A stretch of 64,000 bases of DNA from Glycera tridactyla. Lineage: Eukaryota. Position numbers and translations under genes: made by a program. The notes beneath the pieces are model-generated. The model made no database searches, was not told where the DNA came from, and saw nothing but the letters and a program-made list of their open reading frames with translations. The stretch covers positions 30,504,001-30,568,000 of the forward strand of contig OZ286459.1 of the NCBI GenBank assembly GCA_965644265.1, in the 5' to 3' direction. This document shows positions 11,649-24,600 of the stretch, one piece after another; positions within the stretch are counted from its first letter, which is position 1, and each line of letters opens with the position of its first letter.

Positions 11649-12892
11649 TATTGTGTATCCAAAGCATTGGTGTGCACGCAGTTCAGCAGGCCTATTTTGC
11701 CTCCTCAAGTTGATAACACAAACACTTGCTATGGATTGCAAAGAACCCCTGATTTATTGATTAGTTAGGGAGTTCAACGCCAAGTACTGATCCAGATTAC
11801 TCTGGGTGGTTCAGATCTATGAAAACTGGATGCTCTGAAGCAAGGGGCAGTCTGAAGGGGGGGGGGGGGCAAATGCCCCTTTAAATTCAGGAAAAGGGGG
11901 CATTTCTTCCACAACATTACTCAAGAGGAGTTCACTCAACAAGGGAGAGTGCATCCTTGTTGACTTGGGGGGGGGGGGGGCATGTATGGCATGTGACACA
12001 GTGAAAGTTGACAAACAAGCCTGAGATCACTATTTGTGAACATAGCACTAGAAAAAAAGAGCAGCGTCAGGCTCCAATGGACTACTTAACAAGTTAGACT
12101 GGTTATTATCTATCCATTCAAGTCGCCTTCAAGCAGGAGGATGGAGCAAAGAAAAATTATATAAGAAATATAAATAAATATACTACAACAAAATATAATA
12201 CACATCATATAGAACTGGATAATTCTTGCTGAATTTTGCCCAGTGTAGGACATGTTACTGCAGACAGAATCAAATTTATTCTAATCTTTTTCTTAACAAA
12301 TGGCACCGGATTTCATACCTCATAAAGAGCATTGATTCACCACTTTTATATGGTTGGTCTGTTGGGGTATGTTGATCATCCATTTGAGAGACACATAGGC
12401 TTCATCAAGGCATCGGAATAGTAAGGGCAAAGGATCATCCAGGAAGAGGGATTGATTGACACAGACTTCTCTGACGCAGGCTAATGGCGGTTTGAGATGG
12501 GCGGATTTCTTTAACGCAGGAATGCACAGGTTCCAATAACCCCATTTCTACAGACCGGCATCAGTTGCTATTTGTCCATCGGAAATATGATCACACCTCT
12601 TCACCTGTCAAGAATGAGATATGTATTCTGCTTCTGTAACATGCATGCTAATTGGCTGAGATCTCACAGTTTCAGTCACACCAGCTAATCAGAATCAGGC
12701 TGACAGGAAGTTTCGGTCTCCTACCACTGGGCAATGTTAGTCAGTGATGGCAATGGGATGTAGCTAAATTTTAGGAAATATAATTTAATTTTCTTATACT
12801 TCCCCCCATATCTCCTCAAAGGTATCTACCGGTATTCTAAAACTTCCAGACAGATTGCTGCAATTTATTAATTTTGATTATTCACCCATTTA

Positions 12893-13803
12893 CAGTAAAA
12901 CCTGTCTTGAGTGAAAACTTGAAAAAAATCACTGGGCCCAAAAGTTCTCTGGTGTGGGTCTCTCTTTCTTTTTTCAAGTTCATTCTTATTTTTAGAGGGG
13001 CCGTGTATCTGCATGGATCCACAGGCTGTCTTCGAGGAGCTGTGGCTGGAGTTGGACAGGAGTCAAGATTCCTTCAATCTTGGCTTGGCCGCCAGGTCTC
13101 CCTTCTTCAGGGGTCTGAGATTTAAAGTGCCCGAAACCCCGACCTGGTATTTCACTGATGACCTGCCCAACTCTGCTGCAGTAGTTCATGGTTCTGTTGA
13201 TGTGGTCATTGTGCTGAATGGGTGTGGTGTCATCTTAATTTTCATGATTAAGTGAAAACTCATGGGACCAAATTTTTCTTCCACTTAAGACAGGATTTTG
13301 CTTAGCGCAGGGCAATTATAGTGAGTAAAAACATCCGGGCAGACCGTGGGGTATGTGGTTAATAGTGTTAGGAATTGGTACCTATTTTGGGAATCAATTA
13401 ATCGGAATTTATTTCGATTGATCCAATCGATTATAATCAATGTTTAGTCAAGGGTCAAAGAAGACTGATTTGATGCATGAAGGATGGTGACTGACATGAC
13501 TCGAGAAGTGAGACGGCATGAGTTCATCTGTAAAAAGAATCAAAAGATACTGGAGAGTGAAGACTGATAAATTTTGAAAAATGATGACGAGATCCTGATT
13601 ATCCTAGAAAAAAATAATTTAATGATGAAATCTGTCCTGCTGAAAATGAAAGCCAAAAGATCGATTCTGACAAAGTAACATTGATTAGTGGAATCGAAAC
13701 CAAATTCTATCGATTAAATTGATTTCTGAGCGAATCGTCTTAACACTAGTGCTTAAGACAGGATTTCGCCTATCGCAGGTTTACACTCAAGCAGGTTTTA
13801 CTG
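12893..13803. mobile_element. TA-flanked MITE carrying a nested hAT element
   Basis: TA|CAGTAAAACCTG...CAGGTTTTACTG|TA. Confidence 0.85.
13363..13748. mobile_element. Non-autonomous hAT element, 8-bp TSD
   Basis: TIR TAGTGTTA / TAACACTA; flanks GTGGTTAA and GTGCTTAA. Confidence 0.8.
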
Positions 13804-14212
13804 TATCTGAATTCTCAACATTTTCGGAAAATCGGCATCACTGATTAGTGGAAGTGTCAAAGAAGGTGACAGTAAGGCATTTCATATCAAAAAGCCATTT
13901 CATCCACTGCCACATGTTCGCAAATATATTGATCAGCTTTATCATCTCAGATCACATCAGTTTATAGGAACTATCGTTTTCCTCTTGCACCTCAGAGACT
14001 CATCAGCAACTTGAATGACAAGGCCTCCTTCATTTATAATGCATGAAATAAGCAAGATGCATCACTGAGAGAGGTACTATTTCTTCAAGCACTGGTATAA
14101 GATGGAAGGCAGAGAAGCTATGGTGGTCGTTAAGCATACATGTACTATGGAAGTTGGATGTAACTTTCCACCTGGCAGATAATCCAGGAATATCCAGGCA
14201 GGTGGGCAATTA

Positions 14213-14338
14213 CTGTGAAACCTGCAACAAGAGACCCCCGGACAGGAGACCACCTCCGACGGGAGACTGCTTTTTCACCTCTTTTGAGAGACCGGTTTCT
14301 TGTGACATTTAGGGCAACTCTTGTAACAGGTTTCACTG
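14213..14338. mobile_element. TA-type MITE
   Basis: CTGTGAAACCTG...CAGGTTTCACTG, GAGACCACC repeats. Confidence 0.75.
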
Positions 14339-14771
14339 CAGTGAACATGTTCTCAATTTCATCGAGTATCCAAAATATCTAAATGAGAGAATCAGCCCGA
14401 AAGTTACTGATGCTCTGGACAAATGTATCCGTAATGAAAACATGGAAGTGCCTTCCATGTCAAAACTTTTGAAGTCTTTGTGGTGAGCTGATGATCAAAG
14501 TTACTCCTCCATCTTGTCCCTGTGTTTCATTGTTATGAAATTGGTTGTCAACCAGTAGATCATTACATGGAAAAGGATACTAGCCAGCTGGGCAACCAAA
14601 AAAAAGGGCCAAGCATTCCACTTGCATCAGTACATTGTTTGAAGGTGAAGTTGGAAACACTGAGGGAGGCAACGATTCATAGACGGTGAAGGGATTGCAA
14701 AGGCAATCCACATCGCCACCGAAGAGCCCATCCTTGTCCTAGACCAAGGCCACCACCATCTCCGGCCAATA

Positions 14772-14921
14772 CAGGGCGAGAAAACATAAAAATTGACCTG
14801 CCTGCCTAGAAAATCAACCTGCCCAGCTCATATATGCATGTCATTTATGATGAATTTCCACCTGCCCACCAGAAAAATCTACTTGCCCTGGGCAGGTGGG
14901 TGGCTATCTCTTCTCACCCTG
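14772..14921. mobile_element. MITE family E (CAGGGCGAGAA..TTCTCACCCTG), 5-bp TSD CAATA
   Basis: Exact CAATA on both flanks; CCTGCCC repeats inside. Confidence 0.88.
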
Positions 14922-15530
14922 CAATACACTGGGAGATCATGACCATATCATTGTCCCGACCCCAGCTACAAGGTGCCATTATGACACTTCTACAGTGCAT
15001 TTGCCACAAGCTGATGAAAGAGAGTGGACCTATGCCCTCTGAAAGGTTCTCATCTTTCACCCTCGGCGTGAGTATGCATGGATATTTTCTACCTTGGAGA
15101 AATTCATAGTTATTTGCATAAAACCGATCATGCACAGGCTCAGGTGTGAGGCTCCATCAAAGGGTAAAAATGGTCAGGTATCACATCACAAGGCATATTG
15201 TCATGCCAAAGAAGCAGTTCACAATGATACAAAACTAAACGATAATCCTTGGGAAGAGGCATGGCTGTGCGAGAATGCTCCTGTCATTTCAATTGATCCC
15301 TCTGTGTCACATAAAATCTGTCAATTTCAGGTGAATTCACTCTTCCGAACAATCTTTAAAAACCCATCGCTCATCGAAACCTGCACAAAACCGTCAAAAC
15401 GAACATCTTGGTTGTGCCATCACAAGTAATGTGCAACTTTGGTGGTGATGCTGATCGTGTTAAACAGGATGCTGATTGACTCAAAATTCACAGGATGACT
15501 CTAAATAACTTAGACTAGCATCTTCGACTT

Positions 15531-15617
15531 TCAATCCACTTTTTCTTCAAGTATTACAGTCTCTTGTGGATATAGTTTGAGCACCTCTAACGTCTGCGAA
15601 GTATCCAATTGTGTCAA
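15531..15617 (-). CDS. FAF1: FAF1 exon 18 (LTQLDTSQTLEVLKLYPQETVILEEKVD*)
   Basis: 87 nt including TGA; TQLD...L...KL.PQET UBX end. Confidence 0.97.
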   Translation of the reverse strand: MTQLDTSQTLEVLKLYPQETVILEEKVD

Positions 15618-18600
15618 CTGAAACAAGAGAGAAAATACATACTGAATGAAATTATTCATTTCTCCAAAGGCATTCTGAATACATACCCATAATAATCAAA
15701 CTGCAGTTTGTCTTCAAGCAAGACTGGAGACTATAGCCACATGTTTTATTGGTCCAGCAATCAAACTTTGATGAGTAAAATGTGTAATTATGCCAATTGC
15801 AAGCAAAACTACTGCAGTATTTGCATCAATCAAATAAGAGGAGCCTGAATTTAATGTAACATGTAAAATGCCATGATTTTGGCTCAAAAAATGAGACCGT
15901 GACTCCAAAATCATAATAGTTGGCATCTGTTACAATCTGACAAACATATTTTATGATATTCCATAATTTGAGACATCTGGATTTTGTGTTTGAAGCATGA
16001 CTTCGAAGCTAGAAACTTCATCATGCTTCAACACAGATTTTTTGTGGAAAACGATAGAATGAGTAGATGAGACGAGAATGATGACCCAGAAGAATGGCCG
16101 ACAAATTTCTTCCAGCCAGTTCGGCCAGGGAAGAGTGAATTTCTTTAGCCTGATGACAAAAGCTTGCCCAGCATTATCCTGGAAATCATGAAAGTGCTCG
16201 AGACCAGTAGTGGGGGTTTCTGAGAATCTGGCAATAATTTGATAACTCAAAAATCTTCAACAGAATTATCTTCAAGAAATGATGAAAATAACAAGCAACG
16301 GCATTAGGCCTGAGGAAAATAAGGTGAAAACACAGTTTGATAGATATCCAAAGCACTAAGGGCTATCCCATTTAAAAGTAGGGGGTAGGGGCGGAGTGGA
16401 AGCTAATTTGGAATTTGGGGAAAGGGGGTCCCTGAAAAATGGAATTAAGGGGTGGGGGGTGCCCGAAAAATCAGAATAGGGGGCGTGGGGCGTCAATTTT
16501 GACCCCCCGTTTTCCAAATTGAGGGGGACCAGATGATAGTGGCCACCTGCTGAGACAACTCACCCTCCCCCCCCCCCCCCCCCTTGAGACAACTCACCCT
16601 TCCCCCCCCCCCCCCCCCCCCCGATATAGTTGAACCTGCTTTGGAAAATGCTGAATTCAGGGGGATGGGGATAGTCCAATTATCTGGAAGTCGGGGGAAG
16701 GGGGGCTGAGAATTCCTTCCACTCCACCCCCCTCCCTACTTTTAAATGGAATAGCCCTAAGATCACATGTATCATTCAAATTTTATTGATAGATTATTCT
16801 CAAGACACTTGACTGATGATATCAAGCGAAGAATGCAGTCAATATGTATGTGAATGTGGACTTTCAAGAAAAATATCACTGATAGTATGAAATACTTGCT
16901 ACTTACGTCTCTACGTGGGAAGGTAGTGAGTACTTTATAATCAGTGGAATTATAGCCCCGAGATGCAACAAAGTTGAGCAGTATCTGTAGTGGATTCTGA
17001 GCAAGAAATCGGCGTGTCAAGATCTCACCATCGGGGAGGCGAAATCGAATCCTGGCCATTGGTTCACCACAGTTTTCTGCTGGCTCCTCAGGTAATTGGC
17101 ACAATATTGATTGTCGGATAGCCTGTAAGGCAAACAGTCAAACATAAGATATTCATGATAAAACAGCTATGAAATATTTCGTGGTAAGGTCAATGACTTG
17201 TCGCTTCACTGACCACCTACAGAAAGCAGTTAATTTCTTATATGCCCTGTCTTCAGATATACAATTAGACAACATTTAAAGTCTATTCAGACTAAACTGC
17301 CTCGAACAGGGATGATATCCATGTCAAGCCATCGATAATCATTTTGCAGAAATCCACTGAATAAAATGATGCAGCAGTGATCTGGAATGGATGAATACCG
17401 GAAGCCACTTGCTATATGGTCATAATCATTAAATAGAATGGTGTTCTCTAAAAAATCTCAGATGTATATTTTTCAGTCAATGCTAGCTTTACAAGTAGCT
17501 AAAAAATCCGTGAATTATCATAAAATTGAAGGACGTGCGGCCTTTCCATGTCTATCACAAAATCAGATTTTGCAAAAAGTTCCATGTGCAAGGCTTGACA
17601 TCACGAGCTTATGAAAAAGACGAACAATTGGATGATTGCCGTATTGTTTTGCCAATCAGTCCAATACGAAAGCTTTCAAAAAAGCATACCTGACAATCTA
17701 CGGTTTTGTATAACTCATGTTTATTCCATTGCAATTGTGTACTGGGCAATTTCAGCATTCTATACATCTTCAAGCTTAACCTTTTCTATAAAGACAGTTA
17801 TATTCAGTCTGTTGACTGTGTATATCTTTATAAATGATTGACCGGAACGTATTTGGATACATCACGAACGTAATCCATCTGGTCTTTGGACTTTATTTTG
17901 TTTGTACTAACCTTTTCAATTATGTCGAGCGATTTCGTAAAAAAAGGTATTATGTCATACTGCATACGACCAAAACAATGTAACTATGGCACCTAGCAAA
18001 TGAACAGTTGGCTGTTGCCACGTGGCCTCTGGAAATCTGGGAGATTTAGAGAGGTCTCAGAAATATTTATGCGTGGATTAAAGAAGTGTGAATTATTATC
18101 ATTATTATCAAAGATTGCATTTCTTGTTCGCTCGTGCTTTGTCCTGCTCCACAGAAGTAACACAATACTATACCTCTTTTTCTTCCTCCTCTTCTCTTCG
18201 TTTCTCTTCGGCTTCTTGTCGTTTCATGTCTTCTACTAATTCTAAATTTCGCCGTTCTTCTTCCTCCCGTTGTCTTTGCTCAGCCTGTGAAGTAATGGTA
18301 ATCTGTTGACAAGCTGTATGATCAGTGAAGAGGCAACATTACGTTATCTTTGGTATCACATCTAGAGTCTTTACCAGCAGTTCAGTGAGGTGTCTACTGG
18401 ATAGAATGAAAACTAGAGGCAACCAGTAGAAGTAACAGTTTCTCTCCCTCCGAAAGATGATTGATACAATAATTGAATCAAAATCTATGATACAGGCAGG
18501 CATAGCCTTTCATACTGGTGAATTTTCTTCTGTTTTGAGGCATAACGCTGAAAATTCTCTACTGGCTGTAGTCGAAGCATATGAGGTGTATAATGGGAAT

Positions 18601-21600
18601 TCTGAACTTCATTTGACCCATATGATGATCGAAATGACTCATCAAAGTGGATATATCTTGCTGATTGCCAAAAAGCACTTAAAATTACATGTATATTCCA
18701 CTTTCATGCAAATTTTCATGGTAGTGATAGAAACAGGAAGTGAGTCAGCTCACTACAAGTGGCAATCCATCATCGATAATTGGTCACAATGACGCTATCA
18801 AAATGCAGGCTTGCATCCATCATTTATTATATTGGGCGCTTTGGCCCTTTGAGTTTGAGATAAAGGGGCATTTCTTCATAGATTCTTTCAAAATGAGTTG
18901 GAAATCGGGACATGGGAAGGTTATTCACCAAACTTGTATGTTAGGTATGGGATTACATCACTGCCATTACAATTGACCTATCACTCCATATGGGATACAG
19001 TCAAACCTGCTCTAAGCAGCCACCCTTTGGGAAGACAAAAAGTGGCTGCTTAAGACAGGTGGCTGCTTAGGGCAGGGGAATTATAGTGGAAAAACCTCCG
19101 TTGGGAAATTCAAAAGTGGCTGCTTAGTACAGTGGCTGCTTAGGACAGGTTAGACTGTACTTCATACATCACTTTATATGGCACTGATTCTTCTGATTGC
19201 TGCCCCTGTCATTAGGTGAAATGTATAGACAACATACAAAATAATTTCATCTGACCTTGCGTGGGAAAGGCATGAGATCTGCAGTCAGATCTGATCAACC
19301 CAAGACTTACTTTGGCTTTGTCTGCAGCTAATGATTCTTGATATGCCATGTCTTGTTCTTGCTTCATTTGCTCTCTAGCTTCTCGTTCTCTCTGCAATAC
19401 AGAATAATAAGACATGCTTTATCATCTAAAATGTTGAGACCTATTTGTCATAATTTCTTGGATATCCAAACAAAACCATATTTCAAGTGTCTGACTCAAG
19501 AAGTCTTGACATTAGATCCACCAGGCAGAGATACTGTGAAGATTTGGACAGAAAAAGAAACCGGAGATTTTGTTATAATCATGGAGGGTAACAAGAATTT
19601 TTGTTGTGAAGTGTTGATGACATGGTCTCTTTTTGGTTGAATTGTCAATGCAGGTGTCCAATGCCATGTTTGACCTTCTCAGAGAGAATTTGATGAAAGG
19701 CAGCTCATTGGATGATGTACAAATCATACATTTTGGTCAATGTAGTTTGGATTATAAAAATTCCCCATCACAATAATGCACAGCACGGGTGACTCAAAAC
19801 AGATATTGAAGGTGGGTGGTAACTCCTACCATTCCTCAATGACCATATCTTCATTCTTTTATGATTTCAATCAGCACAGAGATGCCTCTAGAACTATCAA
19901 ATAAGAGCCCAAACTGGCCTTCTCTCCATCCTAGATGCAACACTGTCGACAACGCTGAAATTACAGTCAATTCCACACACTAGTTTTTCTTGAATATCTT
20001 GTGATAATTATGATATTGGCTACAAAAGAATCACAGGTCGCAGTGTAGGGAGACACTTTCCAATGATGACATGATCGTAAGCCCTCACGTTTGCATAAAA
20101 AAGTGGCTTTTATAGGCAGGTGACTGTTAGAGAAGTCATTCACTGTTGAAAACAATATCATGGTCATGGCTCAGGGTGGCCTATATAGAGGGGGGCGATC
20201 ACTCAAATAGGTTCGACTTTATATCATGATGACCTCACCTCTTCGATTATCTCTTTTTGTTGCTGCTCATGGAAGACGTCTATGGCATGTATGAGTTGTG
20301 TCATCAATTCGTCAAGTGTCACATTAGCTGCAATAAATCAGAAATCACGATTAACACTAGTTTTCTAGACCAAATAATTACCAAAAAATGGTGATTGATA
20401 GAAATTTTGTTTATATAAAGTAAATCTAAGGATGGTGTCAAGACGGAAAAAATCCTAGTTGTTAGTCTACTTTCTTCCAAATGTGGTTTTAAAAGCTCAA
20501 CTTGGTTCCAGAGCTCATCAAGAGATATTACTCCCGCCTCTGCACCATGTATTGATTAGCACTTGAAATCTATCTACCCCTTCAAAATTCAGTCTGTCCC
20601 CATTATTGTGAATGTTATCACACAAGCAACATGCCACAAAAAGCATATTGCATCCCCTATTTCATTTTTGAACAGATTCACTGCTCACGAAATGTATTCA
20701 CATGCCAGTGATTCCATAGGCTTGGTGATATTTCAGTATGATTTTTCAGGGTTTTTTCCAGTGAAGCAGGTGGGTAGATAGTTTGTTATCTTCCGGCCCT
20801 GGTGCAGAATATGATGAATCGTGAGTCCACCACCCCAATGTCTTAGATTTTGATGATTGATCCTGATAAGAGTTGCAGAAGATGACTTACCTTGTATTAC
20901 ATTACACACTTCATTAGTGGACCGGTTTCTTGAGATAATAAGTAATAACGGCAGTTCATCAGGCTTGAAATTCCGTACCGTGTTGGCAGCTACACTTCCA
21001 AAATGATGCGTACACATAGTGAGCAACCTGAAACAGGAAGGATTCACCCCCATCAATGTATATGATGGACCAAGCACTTTAATTCTGCAAGCAGGTTTAA
21101 GGGCCTTTTCCTAAATTTGGGATCTATGTTGGGGTGTGAAGTTGAGTGTTGAAATTCAGAACTCGGAACAGGATAACTCACTTTCAAATCGCACATATCT
21201 ATGCAGGGTGAGAAGAGATAGCCGCCCACCTGCCCGGGGCAGGTGGATTTTCCTGGTGGGCAGGTAGGAATCCATTATAAATGACATTCACATATAAGCC
21301 GGGCAGGCTGATTTTACAGGTGGGCAGGTTGATTTTCCTGATGTCTTCTCGCCCTGCTATGTACATTGGAACCTGCTACAAGAGCCATCCTGATAGTTCC
21401 TTGTTGCAGCTTACTCTGTACTATAGATACCTGGTACAATGTATGAAGTGAGTTTCCAAGCGGAGTTAATTCATCTGAGAACACTGTTATGCTGCTTGCT
21501 GGTTAACACATTCCAACAGGTTGTAATAAATCATTGGTAGAGCTTAACCTGAATGAGAACTCAGGTCTGCCTTGGCGAGACCTGACAAGCTTCCTCAACC

Positions 21601-24600
21601 GTAGCAATGATACATTTATCCTGAGGTTCATGCAGGGTTGCCTCCAGGATTTCCAAAATTGGGGCTTGACAGCGCCCTCCTCAACAGGCTAGGCAGTTGG
21701 TGCCATGCTGAATATCCGGGTTCGAATCCACAAGATATTGGATGATTTCTCCGAATATAATTTGTGCATTCCAAAACATAGTACAATTCTAAGATACATT
21801 GCCATTTGCCCAGAGCAATATTGCTATCGCCCTCACTTTTGGTCAAGCACATCTCCCAAGTGAGTTATTTTTAACCGATAATCAGATGGGTCAGATGAAT
21901 ATCTCTGGGAGAATGATATAATAGGAAAGTTGAATACAACTTACATGGCCCTGTTTGATTCTGATGTGAGATCCCATGCCCAAGTGAGAAAATTAGAACT
22001 CAAATAATGAACGACACTTTCTGCGCACAAAATTTGTGAACAGAACACATTTGATAAAATACTGCTATCGTGGTGAAGATATATGGCTAATAATTTCCTC
22101 TGAAACAGAAAAAACAGGAACAAATATAGTTCAATAAAAAGTGCAAAGATCTAGTTTGTTAGATGGCCAGTCTACAAACTGCAACTATATACAGGATGTC
22201 ACAGGAAAGAATACTTGTGGCCTTTTTCTACAGGTGATCCATTGAGCAGGTTTGAGTGTGAATACATACTTAGATATGCATATTCTACTGATAAAGGTGT
22301 CATGAACTAGAGCGAAACTCATCCTAGGCATGAAGTCAATGAAAAGCCTGTATTGGTGCTAGCCATTAGCCAGTTAGCCAGGGGCTGATACTTTTCTCAT
22401 CTGGCTAAAGGAATTGATGAATGCAGCCAAACTGGCTAAAAAGAATTTAGACTGAGGCTGACGAAGACATGCCCCTTTATGTAGCTCATAAAGTAGATAT
22501 TAAGAGGCTGCGAAACAGATTCAAGATGTATGAAACTCAATACACAAGTTCGAATAGATAGTGAATGTAAAATTGAAGTCATCCCATGATACTTTTTGGT
22601 CAGGATGTGAATAATTTGACCATGAATTACTGAATGCTTGAGCCAAATTCGCAACAAAATATTGTTCTAGCGCAAACACATAAAGACACAGAGTGGCATG
22701 CCGAGTGACGAGTGATGAAGCTACATCGATGGCATGAACATGGATTGATAGCTTGGGCCATAAATTTGCATGGTATAGGGCAAACTTAAGGTAGGTTTGC
22801 CCGCAAATATGAAGTGAACACACATGGGCCTGGAATCAAACTCAACTTGACAAAATACGATGTTCCAAGACGTCTACTTACATCTTTAGCTTTTGTACAT
22901 AGAGCATCTTTGATTGCGTCTTCTAAAGTACCCACATAGAATACTGGATGACAATCACCATACCTGAATAATAATGAAGAAATACATGTAAGATTGAGTG
23001 TTTTGAGTTGTCACCAGCATGTTCATCTGATGTAAGACACAGTCAACACTGTCAACAAAGATCATCTTTGCTCACATCAAAAAGCATTCCTGGTGGAAAT
23101 TGTTCTGTGAAAATACTATCACATCCACTTCTCAGGGTGGTCTTTGTGGCCAGGTTGACTGTACAAGAATCTAGTGGTAGAACAATGATCAGATGCAGTC
23201 CATAATTGGTTGATTACCATGCGGAATCAAGCACATGAGAAAATCATACAGCGTGGTCTGTTTCTTCAATTGGCAGAGAAGGGTAGTTGTATGAGTCTAT
23301 GGAAAATGTTGCGTAAGAATACTTACCTAGTTTGAAATTCATGTGTAAAATGTTCTAGTGCTGTGGTTTGGTCTGAAACTTGTTCTGGCACTGAAATGAG
23401 AAAGGAATTGACATAAATAATGGAATAACTGACAAAACAGAACTCTGAAACAAAACATGTCAAGCAAAAAATATATATCTTGCACTGGAAGATTCTCAAT
23501 TTTCCAAATGAATTTTCCCAAACTGCAAATGTAGTCTTTGTACTGTCTGAATAAGAATATTTCCAATCATTTTGATTACTATCAATTTCATCATCATCAA
23601 ACTCATTATCACTATTATCAAATGAAAGAAAAAACTTTGGTTCACACTCAATCAATTCTAAAAGCAGGGGATATGATTTACTTTGATTCATGACAAGTTT
23701 GCACAAACCATAGCAAGAGTTTGATAGAATTGAAACATTCGCCATTAATATCACCGCATGAACAAAGCCAGCTGAGTGTTTTCAGGTTCAACAATCCGTG
23801 ATTTATGGGAAGAAACTGGAAAGGAAAGCCTTCAGCCCCATTGAGCTTTCTACTTACTTAATGGTTGATGCCGCCTAGTCGTCGATTCATCTGATGCAAA
23901 AATATCTTCATCTAGATTAAAGTTGTCGTGGGCGTCTTCAAAGTCATCATCACTGATTTCAATCATTTCCTACAACAGGTAGATCGTCGTACTCAATCCA
24001 CTTGCCAACTTCTCCTTCTGAGACAAGCTCGAGTACCCAAGAAGAGGGCATTCCTCTCAAAATCTCTCCAGACATGTCATTGGCTCACAACAGAAAACCC
24101 TGAAAACTAGCCCAGAGGCACTCTCCACCAAGATTTTGTGGATCAATAAACCCCAACAACTGCTAAATGATTACCATTAAAATTCAATACTAACATTGTG
24201 CATTATTTTCACTAATTATGCTCCAATCTTCATGAACTAAATGCCATAATGATCTGCATAAAATTGACTTCACTGCCCTGGGCATGGCCTGCTACAGTTG
24301 TGATCTAAACACTGAGATCCATGTATCAATCACGTCCTTGTCTTTCAAAATTTGTTCATCCAATATGTCATGAGAGTAACTCTTTCAGTGATTTTGTGGG
24401 CACTTTGGCATCTGACTGCCCTGAAAAGGGGCATACACTCTGCCGGAGGATGTGGTTGCTATGGCAAGGGCAAAAGATATCTCAACTCAGGTTTCAGTTT
24501 CAATTAACAGGATTGGTTCCTAATATCTATGTGTGAAGTATAACGAGCCATTCACAACCTCACTGAATCTGTTGTTTCCATGGCGTCATGTGTGTGTGTG

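Noticed and set aside
14340-18960. Plus-strand coding-like stretches at 14340-15070, 16050-16310 and 18457-18960
   Set aside because: Several stops, no recognisable motif and no consistent splice chain; not distinguishable from chance by eye.
23323-23754. 143-aa ORF as one FAF1 exon
   Set aside because: Only the last 64 nt are bounded by splice sites and match FAF1; the rest is open intron.
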